Source: an uncultured Verrucomicrobiota bacterium
GTDB lineage: Bacteria > Verrucomicrobiota > Verrucomicrobiia > Limisphaerales > UBA8199
Length of the DNA stretch: 64,000 nt
Direction of reading: 5' to 3'
NCBI GenBank assembly: GCA_964507045.1
Contig: CAZDOO010000001.1
Coordinates: 1-64,000, forward strand
Each line of letters starts with the position of its first letter. The first letter of the stretch is position 1. The translations under genes and the position numbers were made by a program. Of this stretch, positions 32,311 to 44,105 are shown one piece after another. The notes under the pieces were generated by a model. The model saw nothing but the letters and a program-made list of their open reading frames with translations, was not told the DNA's origin and did not search any database.

Positions 32311-32621
32311 AAGATTATTCACGTGTCGGCCACATGGTCGGCGCGGCGGGGCATCTGTCAATCCTCTTCCCGCGGCAGCTCGGAGCCGGTGACATGGAAC
32401 GAAGATCCTGGCCGAACCTTGCCGTCCGGCCGGGCCTGAGTTACGGCGCTGACAATCTCCACCCCAAGTGTACGGAATGCCCTGTAACAAGGCTCTTAAA
32501 TGGGCCCGAGTCCCCAATCCGTTAACCATCCGCAGCCAGTTTGTGAAGCAGGAGACGCGGCATTGGGGCGCATTTCGGCACTGCCACCCCATCCCACACG
32601 GGAAATCCCTGTATTCCTCTC

Positions 32622-32758
32622 GGATTGGCCGGTCCGGGCGGCCAGGAATGCGGGCCATGCTCAAGCCGGGGTAGTACCGCTCTGTACCGGCTCACCTCAC
32701 CGCATACTCACCTTAGATAACATTGTTATCTAAGGTGAGGATACGGTGAGGGTGGGTT
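32622..32758. repeat. repeat element C: 80 bp flank plus a cctcacc-repeat hairpin; a copy of the element at 49251-49400 (inverted)
   Basis: ggattggccggtccgggcggccaggaatgcgggccatgctcaagcc...ggctcacctcaccgcatactcaccttagataaca ttg ttatctaaggtgaggatacggtgagggtgg. Confidence 0.75.
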
Positions 32759-33029
32759 GGAGATACGCGGTTCGGAAGGCGCGGGACCGATTTCATCCGT
32801 CCCTGTGGTTTATTGGCCTTTTCGGCCTGGAAGTATATGAGACGCCATATACTGCGCGAGCCAGGTCTCATTAACACCCTGCTTTAGCGGGGTGTTAATG
32901 ACACGTATCAGCGGTGCCGAAAGAATCTGTCCTGCGCCCTGCACGCGGGCAGGGGGCCACGCGGGAACCTTGCCTCTCTGAATTCTGGCCGAGGTTTGGA
33001 TGTGCGCGGACGCCGGCTCTGCCCGGGCC

Positions 33030-35312
33030 TCAGGCCCATCCGAACAGCCGGCCCGCGAAATGGGTGAGGAAGGCCAGCCCCCAGGCTAGCACGCCCATAT
33101 AAAGCCACTGAAAGAAGGGCCATTTCCAGCAATTGGTCTCACGTCGCACAATGGCGACCGTGCTGACGCATTGCAGCGCGAACACGTAGAAAACCATCAG
33201 TGTGATCGCTGTCAGCGGCGTATAAACGGGGGTGCCGTCGGGATTCTTCTGGGACTGCAGGGTCTGGGCCAGACTGGTCATGCCGGAGGGAGTGGCATCC
33301 GCGCGGCCCACGTTATAGACGGTGGACATGGTGCTGACAAATACTTCGCGGGCGGCAAAGGAGGTGATAATGCCGATGCCCATTTTCCAATCGAAACCCA
33401 GCGGCGCGATGACCGGTTCAATCAGCCGTCCCAGGCGGCCGGCAAAGCTCTGCCGGAGCTTCTCTCCCGCCAACTGGTTGTCGAGCGCATCGCGTTGAGC
33501 CTGCAAGGACGCCGCCGGTTCGGGGTAGGTGGCCTGGGCGTGCGGGCTGCCGGGGACGGCAGGGGCTGGCGCAGTGCGGGGATAGCTGGCGAGGAACCAA
33601 AGCAGAATGTTGATGCCAAGAATGACCGTGCCGGCCCGGCGCAGAAACAGCTTTGAACGGTCCCACATGTGGCGGGCGACAACGCGCAGGAGCGGCCGCT
33701 TGTAGGGGGGCAACTCCATGATGAGCATGGGCGGCTCGCTCTTGAGCAGCGTCTGCTTGAAAATCCAGGCCATGATCAGCGCGGAGATAATGCCCAGCAA
33801 ATACATGGCCAGCATGGTCAAGCCGGGCAGCTTCAGGACGCCAAGCACGGGGAGATTGGGTATGCAGGCAGCGATGAGCAGCGTGTAAACGGGCAAACGG
33901 GCCGAGCAACTCATCAGCGGGGCGACCAGGATGGTTACCAGCCGGTCCTTGGGGCTTTCGATGGTGCGCGTGGCCATGATGCCGGGGATGGCACAGGCAA
34001 AGGAACTGAGCATCGGGATGAAGCTCTTGCCGTGCAGACCGACTTTGCTCATCAGCCGGTCCATGAGGAACGCCGCGCGCGCCATGTAACCGGTATCTTC
34101 CAGGAAGCCGATGAACAAGAAGAGCAGCAGAATCTGCGGCAGGAACACGACCACCGCGCCCACCCCGGCAACGACCCCGTCCACCAGCAGGCTGTTCAAG
34201 TCACCGGCCGGAATCAGGCGGCCGATGGCATGGCCGAGCCCATCAACGCCGGTTTGCAGCACATCCATCGGGAGCCGGGCGAAGGTGAAAATGCTCTGGA
34301 ACATCAGCATCATGACCGCCAGGAAGATGATCGTGCCCCAGGCCTTATGGGTCAGCACGCGGTCGAGCCGATCGCTGAACGTCTCGCCGGCCGGCGCCAG
34401 CTCGGTGGTGACGGCGTGCTGGATGGCGGCAACGCGCAGGTAGCGGCGCTCGATGGTGACGCCGCGCCAGTCCACCCCGGCGGCTTCGAGGCGGCGGCGC
34501 GCGGCGGCCACGGCTTCCTGGATCGGGGCGGGGTAATGCTGCAGGCTGGAAGCCAAAGCCTTTTCATTGCTGAGAATGAGCATGGCCTCCGCCGCTGCCT
34601 GCGAGCGGTGCTCACGAAAAGCCGCCGCCAGCAAGCCCCCAATTGCGTCTGCCTCCGTCTCCAGCGCGGGCGGCAGCTCGCAGAACCGGCGGGGCTGGGG
34701 CCGGGGCGTGCCCGCGAGTGACGCCAGGATGGCCTGGCGCAGTTCGGCCATCCCCTGGCCGATGCTGGCGACCAGCGGCAGGACGGGCACGCCCAGTTCG
34801 CCGGCAAGTTTCGCGGCATCAACCTGGTGCCCGTTCTCCGCCGCCACATCAACCATGTTCAGCGCCAGGAGCGTGGGATAGCCCAGTTCGATCACCTGGG
34901 TGGCGTAGTAAAGGTTGCGCTGCAGGTTGGAGGCATCCACTACCACGATGACCACTGCGGGGGCGGGCAGCTCCGGCAGGCGGTGGAGCAGGACGTCGCG
35001 CGAGATTTGCTCGTCGAGCGACTGCGGGCTGAGGCTGTAAGTGCCGGGCAGGTCCAGCACCCGCGGGTGCGAGCCGGCCGGCGCGCCCAGCAGACGGCCT
35101 TCCTTGCGCTCCACCGTTACGCCGGCGTAGTTGCCCACTTTGGCGCGCAGCCCGGTCAGGGCGTTAAACACTGTCGTCTTGCCCGAGTTCGGATTGCCGG
35201 TCAGGACGATATAAGGAGCCGAATTGCCGCCGGACAATCCAGCGGGTCCGGGCGCGGCACCGGAGCCGGCCCGGTCCGGGGCGTGGCCGGCGGTTCCGTC
35301 AGGCTTGCTCAT
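33030..35312 (-). CDS. feoB: ferrous iron transporter FeoB
   Basis: GNPNSGKTTVFNALTG (G1) and DLPGTYSL (G3), followed by a large polytopic membrane domain. Confidence 0.9.
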   Translation of the reverse strand: MSKPDGTAGHAPDRAGSGAAPGPAGLSGGNSAPYIVLTGNPNSGKTTVFNALTGLRAKVGNYAGVTVERKEGRLLGAPAGSHPRVLDLPGTYSLSPQSLDEQISRDVLLHRLPELPAPAVVIVVVDASNLQRNLYYATQVIELGYPTLLALNMVDVAAENGHQVDAAKLAGELGVPVLPLVASIGQGMAELRQAILASLAGTPRPQPRRFCELPPALETEADAIGGLLAAAFREHRSQAAAEAMLILSNEKALASSLQHYPAPIQEAVAAARRRLEAAGVDWRGVTIERRYLRVAAIQHAVTTELAPAGETFSDRLDRVLTHKAWGTIIFLAVMMLMFQSIFTFARLPMDVLQTGVDGLGHAIGRLIPAGDLNSLLVDGVVAGVGAVVVFLPQILLLFLFIGFLEDTGYMARAAFLMDRLMSKVGLHGKSFIPMLSSFACAIPGIMATRTIESPKDRLVTILVAPLMSCSARLPVYTLLIAACIPNLPVLGVLKLPGLTMLAMYLLGIISALIMAWIFKQTLLKSEPPMLIMELPPYKRPLLRVVARHMWDRSKLFLRRAGTVILGINILLWFLASYPRTAPAPAVPGSPHAQATYPEPAASLQAQRDALDNQLAGEKLRQSFAGRLGRLIEPVIAPLGFDWKMGIGIITSFAAREVFVSTMSTVYNVGRADATPSGMTSLAQTLQSQKNPDGTPVYTPLTAITLMVFYVFALQCVSTVAIVRRETNCWKWPFFQWLYMGVLAWGLAFLTHFAGRLFGWA

Positions 35313-35571
35313 CCGGCCGGACAAGAATCTGCGCCGCCTCGTGCTTGCGCAGCGTGAGATGGTAGCCGCGCACCTTGATCTCGACCGGGTCGCCGAGCGG
35401 CGCAAAGCGCACTAGTTCGACCGGTGTGCCCACCAGCAAGCCCATTTCCATCAGCCGCGCACGGCTTTCCGGGGACACCTGGATCTCGACCACCGTGACC
35501 TTGCTGCCCAGGGCGACTGAAGTTAGCGGTATCACTGCGGGCAAGCTAAGGTAATTGAGACTCAGTTGCAA
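35299..35571 (-). CDS. feoA: FeoA family protein
   Basis: Small SH3-like FeoA domain (LTSVALGSKVTVVEI...LGDPVEIKVRG) immediately upstream of, and overlapping, feoB. Confidence 0.75.
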   Translation of the reverse strand: MQLSLNYLSLPAVIPLTSVALGSKVTVVEIQVSPESRARLMEMGLLVGTPVELVRFAPLGDPVEIKVRGYHLTLRKHEAAQILVRPDEQA

Positions 35572-35846
35572 GAGGCAATCGCTCGCTGCCGGCCATTGGG
35601 GCTGGGCCTGCGCCTCGCCGGGTATCTAAGGCCGCGGGGACCTCTCGCTTCTTGCACCCCCGCTGCGCTTGCGCCAAAATCGCGCCGTCTCCCGGAAAAC
35701 CAGGCCGGCCGGTCGCCTCCGCAAGCAAGAAAAGAAGCCGTTCAAGGGAATCCGCACCGATCTGCGGCCGCCGGACATGCCGGGGATCCCGGCTTTTGTG
35801 CTTCTCAAAGAGGCGCCGGCTCAGGCATTTTCCCCGGCGAACAATT

Positions 35847-36608
35847 ATGTATCGGGACAAAAAGGTCGTGGTGGTGATGCCGGCTTACAACGCGGCGAAG
35901 ACGCTGCGTCAGACGTATGCCGAAGTGCGTGAGCAAGGATTGGTGGACACGATCATTCTGGTGGATGACGGCAGCCGCGACGACACGGTAGCGGTCGCGC
36001 GCGCGCTGGACGGCGTGCAAGTCCACGTTCACGAGGTGAATAAAGGCTACGGCGGGAACCAAAAGACCTGCTACCGCCTGGCCCTGGATGCCGGGGCTGA
36101 TATTGTCATCATGCTCCACCCGGATTACCAATACACGCCCAAGCTGATTCCGGCGATGGTCTCGATCATCGGCAACGGCCTGCATCCCTGTGTGCTGGGA
36201 AGCCGCATCCTGGGCGGCTACGCCTTGCGCGGGGGCATGCCGGTTTGGAAGTACGTCTCGAACCGTTTGCTGACGCTGGCAGAGAATATCCTGCTGCGGG
36301 CCAAGCTGTCGGAATACCACACTGGCTACCGCGCGTTCTCGCGCGCGATCCTGGAGCGGCTGGACCTGGCGCACAACTCAGACGACTTCGTCTTCGACAA
36401 CCAGATGCTGGCGCAAATCCTGTGGCACGGCTTCACCATTGCCGAGGTGAGCTGCCCGACCAAGTACTTTCCCGAAGCGTCCTCGATCAACCTCCGGCGC
36501 AGCATCAAGTATGGCTGTGGCTGCCTGGGGACGGGGCTGAGATATCGGCTGGCGAAGATGGGATGGTTGCGGTGCAAGTTGTTTCCCGCAGCGCCCGGCC
36601 AAGCCTAG
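35847..36608 (+). CDS. GT2 family glycosyltransferase (dolichyl-phosphate mannosyltransferase-like)
   Basis: VVVMPAYNAAKTL and VDDGSRD are the DxD-type GT-A motifs. Confidence 0.75.
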   Translation: MYRDKKVVVVMPAYNAAKTLRQTYAEVREQGLVDTIILVDDGSRDDTVAVARALDGVQVHVHEVNKGYGGNQKTCYRLALDAGADIVIMLHPDYQYTPKLIPAMVSIIGNGLHPCVLGSRILGGYALRGGMPVWKYVSNRLLTLAENILLRAKLSEYHTGYRAFSRAILERLDLAHNSDDFVFDNQMLAQILWHGFTIAEVSCPTKYFPEASSINLRRSIKYGCGCLGTGLRYRLAKMGWLRCKLFPAAPGQA

Positions 36609-36665
36609 CCGCCAGCCACGAGAGACTGGATTCCGCGCCCCGCAAAAGGTGGTTCCGCCGCGGGG

Positions 36666-36929
36666 TTACTTCGCCTTGGCCAGGCGCAGGGCCAGGCGTG
36701 ACTTCTTGCGGTTAGCCGTGGCGCGGTGGACCACCCCGCCCTTGGCGGCTTTGTCAAAAGCGGAGCTGAGGGCTTTCAATCCCTTGGCGGCCTCGTCCTT
36801 CTTGCCGGCGGCGAGGAGTTCGAGGTAAGCGGCTTCGAGGGTGTGGAGGCGCGACTTGACGCTGCGGTTGCGCAGGTTCTTGCGAGCGCTATTGCGCGCG
36901 CGGCGTTCGGCTGACTTCGTATTCGGCAT
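36666..36929 (-). CDS. rpsT: 30S ribosomal protein S20
   Basis: MPNTKSAERRARNSARKNLRNRSVKSRL is a canonical S20 N-terminus. Confidence 0.9.
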   Translation of the reverse strand: MPNTKSAERRARNSARKNLRNRSVKSRLHTLEAAYLELLAAGKKDEAAKGLKALSSAFDKAAKGGVVHRATANRKKSRLALRLAKAK

Positions 36930-37087
36930 AAATCAAGGTCCAATCAGTTGTTCAGAGCCAGCTACAGTAACTAAACCGCGCCCTTTGTCAACGGCGCGCT
37001 TGCACTGGCTAAAAGCTTCCCGCCTGCGCAAATTGCTACAGGCCGGCCCGGCCTCGTGAATCTTCCTGCGCGCAGAATCCCCAATGA

Positions 37088-37600
<513 letters not shown>

Positions 37601-37635
37601 CCCGGAATAGCCCCAACAACAACTATTCAAGTAAA

Positions 37636-39180
37636 ATGAAGGCAATACTCCCAGTTACCCTCACCCTGATGTTCCTGCTCGCGGTCCGGCCGCTGGCGGC
37701 AGCCGCCGCCGACGCCGTGGCGCCGGGCGCGCCCGCGGCGCCGCAGCTCAAGGCCCCGGGCGTGGAAGAGCGTCTCGCGGACCTGGAGGCCTATGTGAAC
37801 AACGGTGCTCGCGGCAACGCGGCCAACGCCTCTCTCGACACCAAGGTGGGCGGCCCCGGCCCCGGCCATAACGGCTTCCAGATGATTTGTGCGGCGCTCG
37901 TGCTGTTTATGACGCTGCCAGGACTGGCGCTCTTCTACGGCGGCCTGGTGCGGCGGAAGAATGTCCTGTCCGTCCTGGCTCAATGCCTGGGCATTGCCGG
38001 CCTGGTGACAATTCTCTGGTGGCTGTGCGGCTACAGCCTGGCGTTCTCCAAAGGCGGCCTTATCCCGGGCGTGGTCGGCAGTCTCGATTGGAAGTTCCTC
38101 TCCGGGGTGGGCTCAGCCCCCAATTCGGACTACGCGGCCTGGGTGTCTCACAATATCTATTCGATGTATCAGCTCATGTTCGCGATTATCACTCCCGCCC
38201 TGATCGTGGGTGCGATTGCCGAGCGCATGAAGTATTCCGCGATCCTGTTATTCGTGGGGCTGTGGATGCTCATCGTCTATTTCCCGCTCGCCCACATGGT
38301 CTGGGGCGCGGACGGCCTGATGAACGGCGTCTGGAACTCCGCGGCCAAGGTCCGCGCCATTGACTTCGCCGGTGGCACGGTGGTGCACATGTCCTCAGGC
38401 TGGTCGGCCCTGATTCTCTGCCTCATCCTCGGCAAGCGGCTCGGGTTTGGCCGGGAACCGATGCCGCCGCATAACATGGTGCTCTGCATGGTCGGCACCG
38501 GCATGCTGTGGGTCGGCTGGTACGGGTTTAACGCCGGCAGCGCCGTGGCCGCTGACGGCATCGCCGCCAACGCGTTCACGACCACCACGCTGGCCACCGC
38601 GGTGGCCTCCTTCACTTGGGCCATGGCCGAGTACGTCTTCCGGGGCAAGCCGAGCATCCTGGGCTTCTGCTCCGGCGCGGTCGCGGGGTTGGTCGTGATC
38701 ACACCGGCCTGCGGCTTTGTGACGAGCACCGGCGCGGTGATTATCGGCCTAGTGGCGGGCCTGGTGCCGTACCTGGCGTGCTGGAAGCTCAAGTCGGCCG
38801 CGGGCTATGACGATGCGCTGGACACCTTCGGCGTGCATGCCGTGGGCGGGACCATCGGCGCGTTCCTGACCGGCATCCTCGCCACCGCCAAAGCGAATCC
38901 GAACCTGGCCAGCAACCTGGCGGATGTCGGCAACAAGCTCGAGGCCGCCAATCCGGCCACCCAGAACGGTCTGGCCAAGCTGGTCGCCGACGGCGGTCTG
39001 TGGGTCGAGCAGCTTAAGGCCATCAGCATTACCCTCTGCCTGGCTATTGTCGGCACGGTGGTAATCGCCTACATTGTCAAGGCGATCCTCGGGCTGCGGG
39101 TCGCGCCGGAGACTGAAGTGTCGGGTCTGGACCTGGCTGAACACGGGGAAGAGGGCTATCATGCGGCCGGACAGCTATGA
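37636..39180 (+). CDS. amt: ammonium transporter (Amt family)
   Basis: Signal peptide followed by 11 TM helices. DFAGGTVVHMSSG is the Amt signature. Confidence 0.9.
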   Translation: MKAILPVTLTLMFLLAVRPLAAAAADAVAPGAPAAPQLKAPGVEERLADLEAYVNNGARGNAANASLDTKVGGPGPGHNGFQMICAALVLFMTLPGLALFYGGLVRRKNVLSVLAQCLGIAGLVTILWWLCGYSLAFSKGGLIPGVVGSLDWKFLSGVGSAPNSDYAAWVSHNIYSMYQLMFAIITPALIVGAIAERMKYSAILLFVGLWMLIVYFPLAHMVWGADGLMNGVWNSAAKVRAIDFAGGTVVHMSSGWSALILCLILGKRLGFGREPMPPHNMVLCMVGTGMLWVGWYGFNAGSAVAADGIAANAFTTTTLATAVASFTWAMAEYVFRGKPSILGFCSGAVAGLVVITPACGFVTSTGAVIIGLVAGLVPYLACWKLKSAAGYDDALDTFGVHAVGGTIGAFLTGILATAKANPNLASNLADVGNKLEAANPATQNGLAKLVADGGLWVEQLKAISITLCLAIVGTVVIAYIVKAILGLRVAPETEVSGLDLAEHGEEGYHAAGQL

Positions 39181-39269
39181 TTTCGCAGGCGCCCGGCCGG
39201 CTCATCGCGATGAGCGAGGCCCGGTCGGGCGGCTCGATGGCAAACAAGATAACAACCAAACATTGATAA

Positions 39270-40682
39270 ATGAGCACACCCAAGAGCGTAATTGAATTAG
39301 CAAACAAGAGCGGGGCCAAGATGGTGGACATCAAGTTCGTGGACACCTTCGGCACCTGGCAACATTTCAGCTGTCCCATTCGGGAGCTGACGGAAGAGGT
39401 CTTCACCGAGGGGTTGGGCTTTGACGGCTCCAGCATCCGCGGCTGGAAGAGCATCGAAGCCTCGGACATGCTGGCGATGCCGGATCCGGCGACGGCCTTC
39501 ATGGACCCGTTCTGCGCCGAGCCGACCCTGAGCCTCACCTGCACCGTCGCGGAGACGGGCACCAAGGAGGGCTATACGCGCGATCCGCGGGGCATAGCCC
39601 AGCGCGCGGAGAAGTACCTGGTCAGCACCGGCGTGGCGGACTCGGCCTTCATGGGGCCGGAAGCCGAGTTCTTCATCTTCGACAACGTGCAGTTCGACAG
39701 CAAGAGCAACGGCACGTTTTACAGCGTGGATTCCGAAGAGGCGATCTGGAACTGCGCCAAGGATGAAATGCCCAATACCGGCTACAAAATCCGCCACAAG
39801 GAAGGCTACTTCCCGGTAGCGCCGGCGGATGCGCAGCAGGATATCCGGACCGAAATGTGCCTGACGATGGAGGAGCTGGGCCTGAGCATTGAACGGCAGC
39901 ACCACGAAGTGGCCACGGCGGGGCAAGCCGAGATAGACTACCGCTTCGACACGCTGGTGCGGGCGGCCGATGCCATGATGGTGTTCAAGTATGTCGTCAA
40001 GAACGTGGCGCGGAAGCACGGCAAGACGGCGTGTTTCATGCCCAAACCGCTCTTTGGGGACAACGGCAGCGGCATGCACACCCACCAGTCGCTGTGGAAG
40101 AAGGGCAAGCCGCTGTTCGCCGGCAACGAGTATGCGGGCCTGTCGAAGATGGCTCTCTACTACGCGGGCGGCCTGCTCAAGCACGCCCGGGCCCTGTGCG
40201 CGATCTGCAACCCGACCACCAACAGCTATAAGCGGCTGGTGCCAGGCTACGAAGCGCCGGTCAACCTGGCCTACAGCTCGCGGAACCGCTCGGCGGCAAT
40301 CCGCATTCCCACCTATAGCGAGAATCCCAAGGCCAAACGCCTGGAGTATCGGCCCCCGGATCCGGCGGCCAATCCCTACCTGGCCTTCTCAGCGCTGCTA
40401 CTGGCGGGGCTGGATGGCATCCTCAACAAGATTGACCCCGGCGAACCGCTGGACAAGAACATCTACGAGCTGCCGCCGGAGGAGCTGAAGAAGGTTCCGA
40501 ACGTGGCCGGCAGCCTGGGCGAGGCGCTCGATTGCCTCGAGAAGGACTACGAGTTCCTCCTCAAGGGCGACGTCTTCACCATGGACTTTCTCGACATGTG
40601 GGTTGCGACCAAGCGCAAGGAGCACGACGCGTTGCGCTTGCGGCCGCATCCCTATGAGTTCTTCCTCTACTACGACGTGTAG
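39270..40682 (+). CDS. glnA: glutamine synthetase type I
   Basis: [15 protein letters not shown] at the N-terminus, the GSGMHTHQS region, and [13 protein letters not shown] near the adenylylation site. Confidence 0.9.
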   Translation: MSTPKSVIELANKSGAKMVDIKFVDTFGTWQHFSCPIRELTEEVFTEGLGFDGSSIRGWKSIEASDMLAMPDPATAFMDPFCAEPTLSLTCTVAETGTKEGYTRDPRGIAQRAEKYLVSTGVADSAFMGPEAEFFIFDNVQFDSKSNGTFYSVDSEEAIWNCAKDEMPNTGYKIRHKEGYFPVAPADAQQDIRTEMCLTMEELGLSIERQHHEVATAGQAEIDYRFDTLVRAADAMMVFKYVVKNVARKHGKTACFMPKPLFGDNGSGMHTHQSLWKKGKPLFAGNEYAGLSKMALYYAGGLLKHARALCAICNPTTNSYKRLVPGYEAPVNLAYSSRNRSAAIRIPTYSENPKAKRLEYRPPDPAANPYLAFSALLLAGLDGILNKIDPGEPLDKNIYELPPEELKKVPNVAGSLGEALDCLEKDYEFLLKGDVFTMDFLDMWVATKRKEHDALRLRPHPYEFFLYYDV

Positions 40683-40784
40683 CCAGAGGACGCTTGGGGT
40701 GCAGTAACGAGCGGCGCGGACGCAGGTCCGCGCCGCTTCCCCTGTACGGGGCGAGCGGGCCCGAAAAGCGCTTGCCGCGCGCCG

Positions 40785-41012
40785 TTGGCTGTGCAAAATG
40801 CATCACGTATGAACGCACCGCAGAAGCAAGCTTCGCAAAACCGTGCGGCGCCCGAGAGCCAAACCAAACCGCCACCCGAGCAGCAGCTTCCGGCCACGCT
40901 TGGCCAGAAGATATTCATCGCCGGACTCTGCCTCTACGTGCTCTCGCTGGTCTGGCTCACGCTGAGCCATCACTGGTACGGCGTGCTGCCGAAATGGCTC
41001 GATCCTCATTGA
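40785..41012 (+). CDS. possible small membrane protein
   Basis: 75 aa ORF with one hydrophobic helix (IFIAGLCLYVLSLVWLTL), in otherwise empty intergenic space. Weak. Confidence 0.25.
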   Translation: MAVQNASRMNAPQKQASQNRAAPESQTKPPPEQQLPATLGQKIFIAGLCLYVLSLVWLTLSHHWYGVLPKWLDPH

Positions 41013-41087
41013 GGCGGAAATCGTCCTTTCGGTTCTGCCCGGGGCCGCTGGGTTCTCCCGCGGATTCCATGGATACATAACCGGCCG

Positions 41088-42149
41088 ATGAGCTCACTTG
41101 CGTTGGCAACCTTCCTTGCCGCCCTGGCGTTTACCACCACCGCCGCGGAAAGCCTCAATCTGCAGTCTCCGCCTGCCGGCTGGCCCGCGGGCGGGCCGTC
41201 GCTCTCACCGTTGCTGGTGGACGCCCGGGGGCAGGCCATCACCTCCGGCTCCCAGTGGCGCCAACAACGTTCGCGGCTCCGGGCGCAGTGGCAGGCGGTG
41301 CTGGGCGAGTTCCCCAGAGACAAGGCGCCGCTCAACCGCCACGTCGTCACCACAGAAGAGCTGCCGGAGTTCACCCGCCAGCTTGTCTCGTATCAGGTTG
41401 AGGAAGGGCTTCGCACCGACGGCTACCTGCTGACGCCCAGGGCAGCCAAGGGCAAACTCCCCGCGGTAGTTGTTTTCCATCCCACAACCCCTTTGCAGGC
41501 CAGGGGGGTGGCGGGCCTGGCCCCGGAATATGATCCCGAAAAGTGGCAAGGCGTGCAACTTGTCCGGCGCGGCTACGTCGTCTGGTGCCCGCGCAACTAC
41601 ATCGAGACGGAGGGGACGAATTGGACCGGCAATGCCGCCCGCGTGCGGGCCCGGCACCCGCATTGGACCGGCATGACGCGGATGGTCTGGGACGCCATCC
41701 GGGCGGCGGACTTCGTGGCGTCACGGCCGAATGTGGACCGCAAGCGCATCGGCTGCCTGGGCCATTCGCTCGGTGGCAAAGAAGTGCTTTACGCGATGGC
41801 CTTCGACGAGCGCTACCGGGCGGGCGTTTCGAGCGAAGGCGGCATCGGACTCGAATTCAGCAACTGGTCGGCCCCCTGGTATCTCGGCGCGAAGATCAAG
41901 CAGCCGGGCTTCAAACACGAGAACCATGAAGTGCTCGCGCTGGTCGCGCCGCGGGCCTTTCTCCTGCTGGCCGGGGATTCGGCGGACAACGACCGGAGCT
42001 GGGCCTTCATCCAGGCCGTGAGGCCCGTCTATGACTTGCTGGGCGCATCGGAAAACATCGGCTGGCTCAACCATCACCAGGGCCACCGCTACCCGCCCGA
42101 AGCCCGTGCCGTGGCGGAGGAGTTCCTGGATCGGCACCTGAAGCGGTAA
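41088..42149 (+). CDS. secreted alpha/beta-hydrolase, putative carbohydrate esterase
   Basis: Signal peptide, a GHSLGG elbow, and similar architecture to the gene at 28676..29800. Confidence 0.65.
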   Translation: MSSLALATFLAALAFTTTAAESLNLQSPPAGWPAGGPSLSPLLVDARGQAITSGSQWRQQRSRLRAQWQAVLGEFPRDKAPLNRHVVTTEELPEFTRQLVSYQVEEGLRTDGYLLTPRAAKGKLPAVVVFHPTTPLQARGVAGLAPEYDPEKWQGVQLVRRGYVVWCPRNYIETEGTNWTGNAARVRARHPHWTGMTRMVWDAIRAADFVASRPNVDRKRIGCLGHSLGGKEVLYAMAFDERYRAGVSSEGGIGLEFSNWSAPWYLGAKIKQPGFKHENHEVLALVAPRAFLLLAGDSADNDRSWAFIQAVRPVYDLLGASENIGWLNHHQGHRYPPEARAVAEEFLDRHLKR

Positions 42150-42514
42150 CGAAACACCCCCGCGCCGTCGGTTCGCAGCGCCAGTGCTGTCGTTTAAGGG
42201 CTCATCCGAGAAGTTTGTTCTTGGGATGGCCTTTTCGCGCTACTTCAACCACTTGGGAGGGGGAATTCCCTGGCAGCCCATTCAAATAGCAGCAGCCGAC
42301 GCAAGGGCGTGTTGCCCAAACCCCTTGATGGGCGAGCGTTCTCGCGAGCCCTAATTTCCGCAGAAATCCAAAGGTGTTTGGGCTCGCGGGGACGCGCGCC
42401 CTCCCAGTAAACCGTGCAGGCGGGTTGGGTCTCACACGCCCTTACGCCTGCTGCGTCTTTGACGGGTTCCTGGCGCAACGGTGTCCATAGGCGGAACTTG
42501 CCCAGCCCATTGCC

Positions 42515-42635
42515 GTATCCCCCAGTAATCCCCCAGTAATCCCCCTCTATACCCCCTGTATTCCCCCTCTATTCTAATAGAAGGGGTATACAGGGGGAAT
42601 ACAGGGGGTATAGAGGGGGAGTAGAGGGGGATTCG
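42515..42635. repeat. intergenic long hairpin element D built from ccccct-containing 8-9-mers
   Basis: cccccagtaatcccccagtaatccccctctataccccctgtattccccctctattc taat agaaggggtatacagggggaatacagggggtatagagggggagtagaggggg. Confidence 0.7.
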
Positions 42636-43099
42636 GTGGGGATATGGCGCGGCCAAGGCCAGCATGAGCATTCCATCGAAAACAACGAAGAACCGCCGCG
42701 CCCAGGTAATTACTTTGATTCCAGGTAGTTACGCAAACCACGCCGTCACCACACCGTCGCGCTAGACACAGATGTGACACCCCGGGGCTTTTTCCGGCCC
42801 AGTTGCCATGCCGGAAAGGCGCTTTGGGGGGAGCAACTCACTTCCGTGGCATGCCTGTTCGGCGAGGAGCAGTTCCGGCGGAGCGCCGCTCGTTTCCGTG
42901 GCCGCTGCCCACGCCTCAAGGTGTCAATTTGCGACTCTGAACGCCGGATGTCCTTTGCCTTAGCAGCTTGCGCGAAGCGCATAGCCGCGTGGGGATGGTC
43001 CGAGTCAGGGGAATTGGTGGCAGGGGAATGGAACGTTCTCCCCATCCCCGTGGGGATGGTCCGCTGTAGTGCGTGTCATCCGGCGGCGGCGTTCGTCGG

Positions 43100-43404
<305 letters not shown>

Positions 43405-43422
43405 TCGAAGGATGAACCCGGC

Positions 43423-43968
43423 ATGAAGACCGACGCTCTTGCACTCCAGGCTGAACGGCGAATCCTCTCGGTCCGCAAGCAGAGAGTCATGCTGAGCGAT
43501 GATCTCGCCGCGCTCTACGGTGTCGAGACCAAGGCTCTGAACCGTGCAGTTAAGAGGAATGTCGAGCGTTTCCCAGACGATTTCATGTTCCAACTGACCG
43601 GCGAAGAGTGGGGTGACTTGAGGTGCCAGATTGGCACCTCAAGTTGGGGTGGCAGCCGGGTCCCGCCTTACGCCTTCACCGAGCAGGGGGTGGCTATGCT
43701 ATCCAGTGTGCTGCGCGGTTCCCGTGCTGTGCAGGTCAACATCGCCATCATGCGCGCCTTTGTGCGCCTGCGTGAAATGCTCCTCACCAACGCCGACCTG
43801 GCTCGCAAACTGGCCGAGTTGGAGCGCAAGTACGACACCCAGTTCAAGGCGGTTTTCGACGCTATCCGCCAGCTCATGGCGCCGCCGCCCGCGCCGCCTA
43901 AACCCGAAATCGGCTTCCACGTCAAGGAAGAGGCCGTTCCCTACCGGATCGGCAGGCGGCGGCGTTAG
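43423..43968 (+). CDS. ORF6N domain protein with ORF6C-like C-terminal domain
   Basis: [39 protein letters not shown] and [15 protein letters not shown] are ORF6N signatures. A C-terminal coiled region resembles ORF6C. Confidence 0.75.
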   Translation: MKTDALALQAERRILSVRKQRVMLSDDLAALYGVETKALNRAVKRNVERFPDDFMFQLTGEEWGDLRCQIGTSSWGGSRVPPYAFTEQGVAMLSSVLRGSRAVQVNIAIMRAFVRLREMLLTNADLARKLAELERKYDTQFKAVFDAIRQLMAPPPAPPKPEIGFHVKEEAVPYRIGRRRR

Positions 43969-44105
43969 TCATCGCTGAGGCTTGCTTACTGCTCCCGAGG
44001 CCAACCGGCAAAGTCTAAAGCCCAAGGCGGAACGTGGACCCGCTCACGGTCCTTGAGCGTTGAAGCAGTTGCCAAGGGCGCTTCTCTCCGTCACAGTAGG
44101 GGCGG

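Noticed and set aside
32500-32733. Similar peptides DWPVRAARNAGHAQA in the ORF at 32500 and at the N-terminus of the 49398 ORF, which might suggest a conserved small protein
   Set aside because: Both arise from translating the shared 80 bp flank of repeat elements C and F. The real CorA-like gene starts downstream at MDNSNLL (49104).
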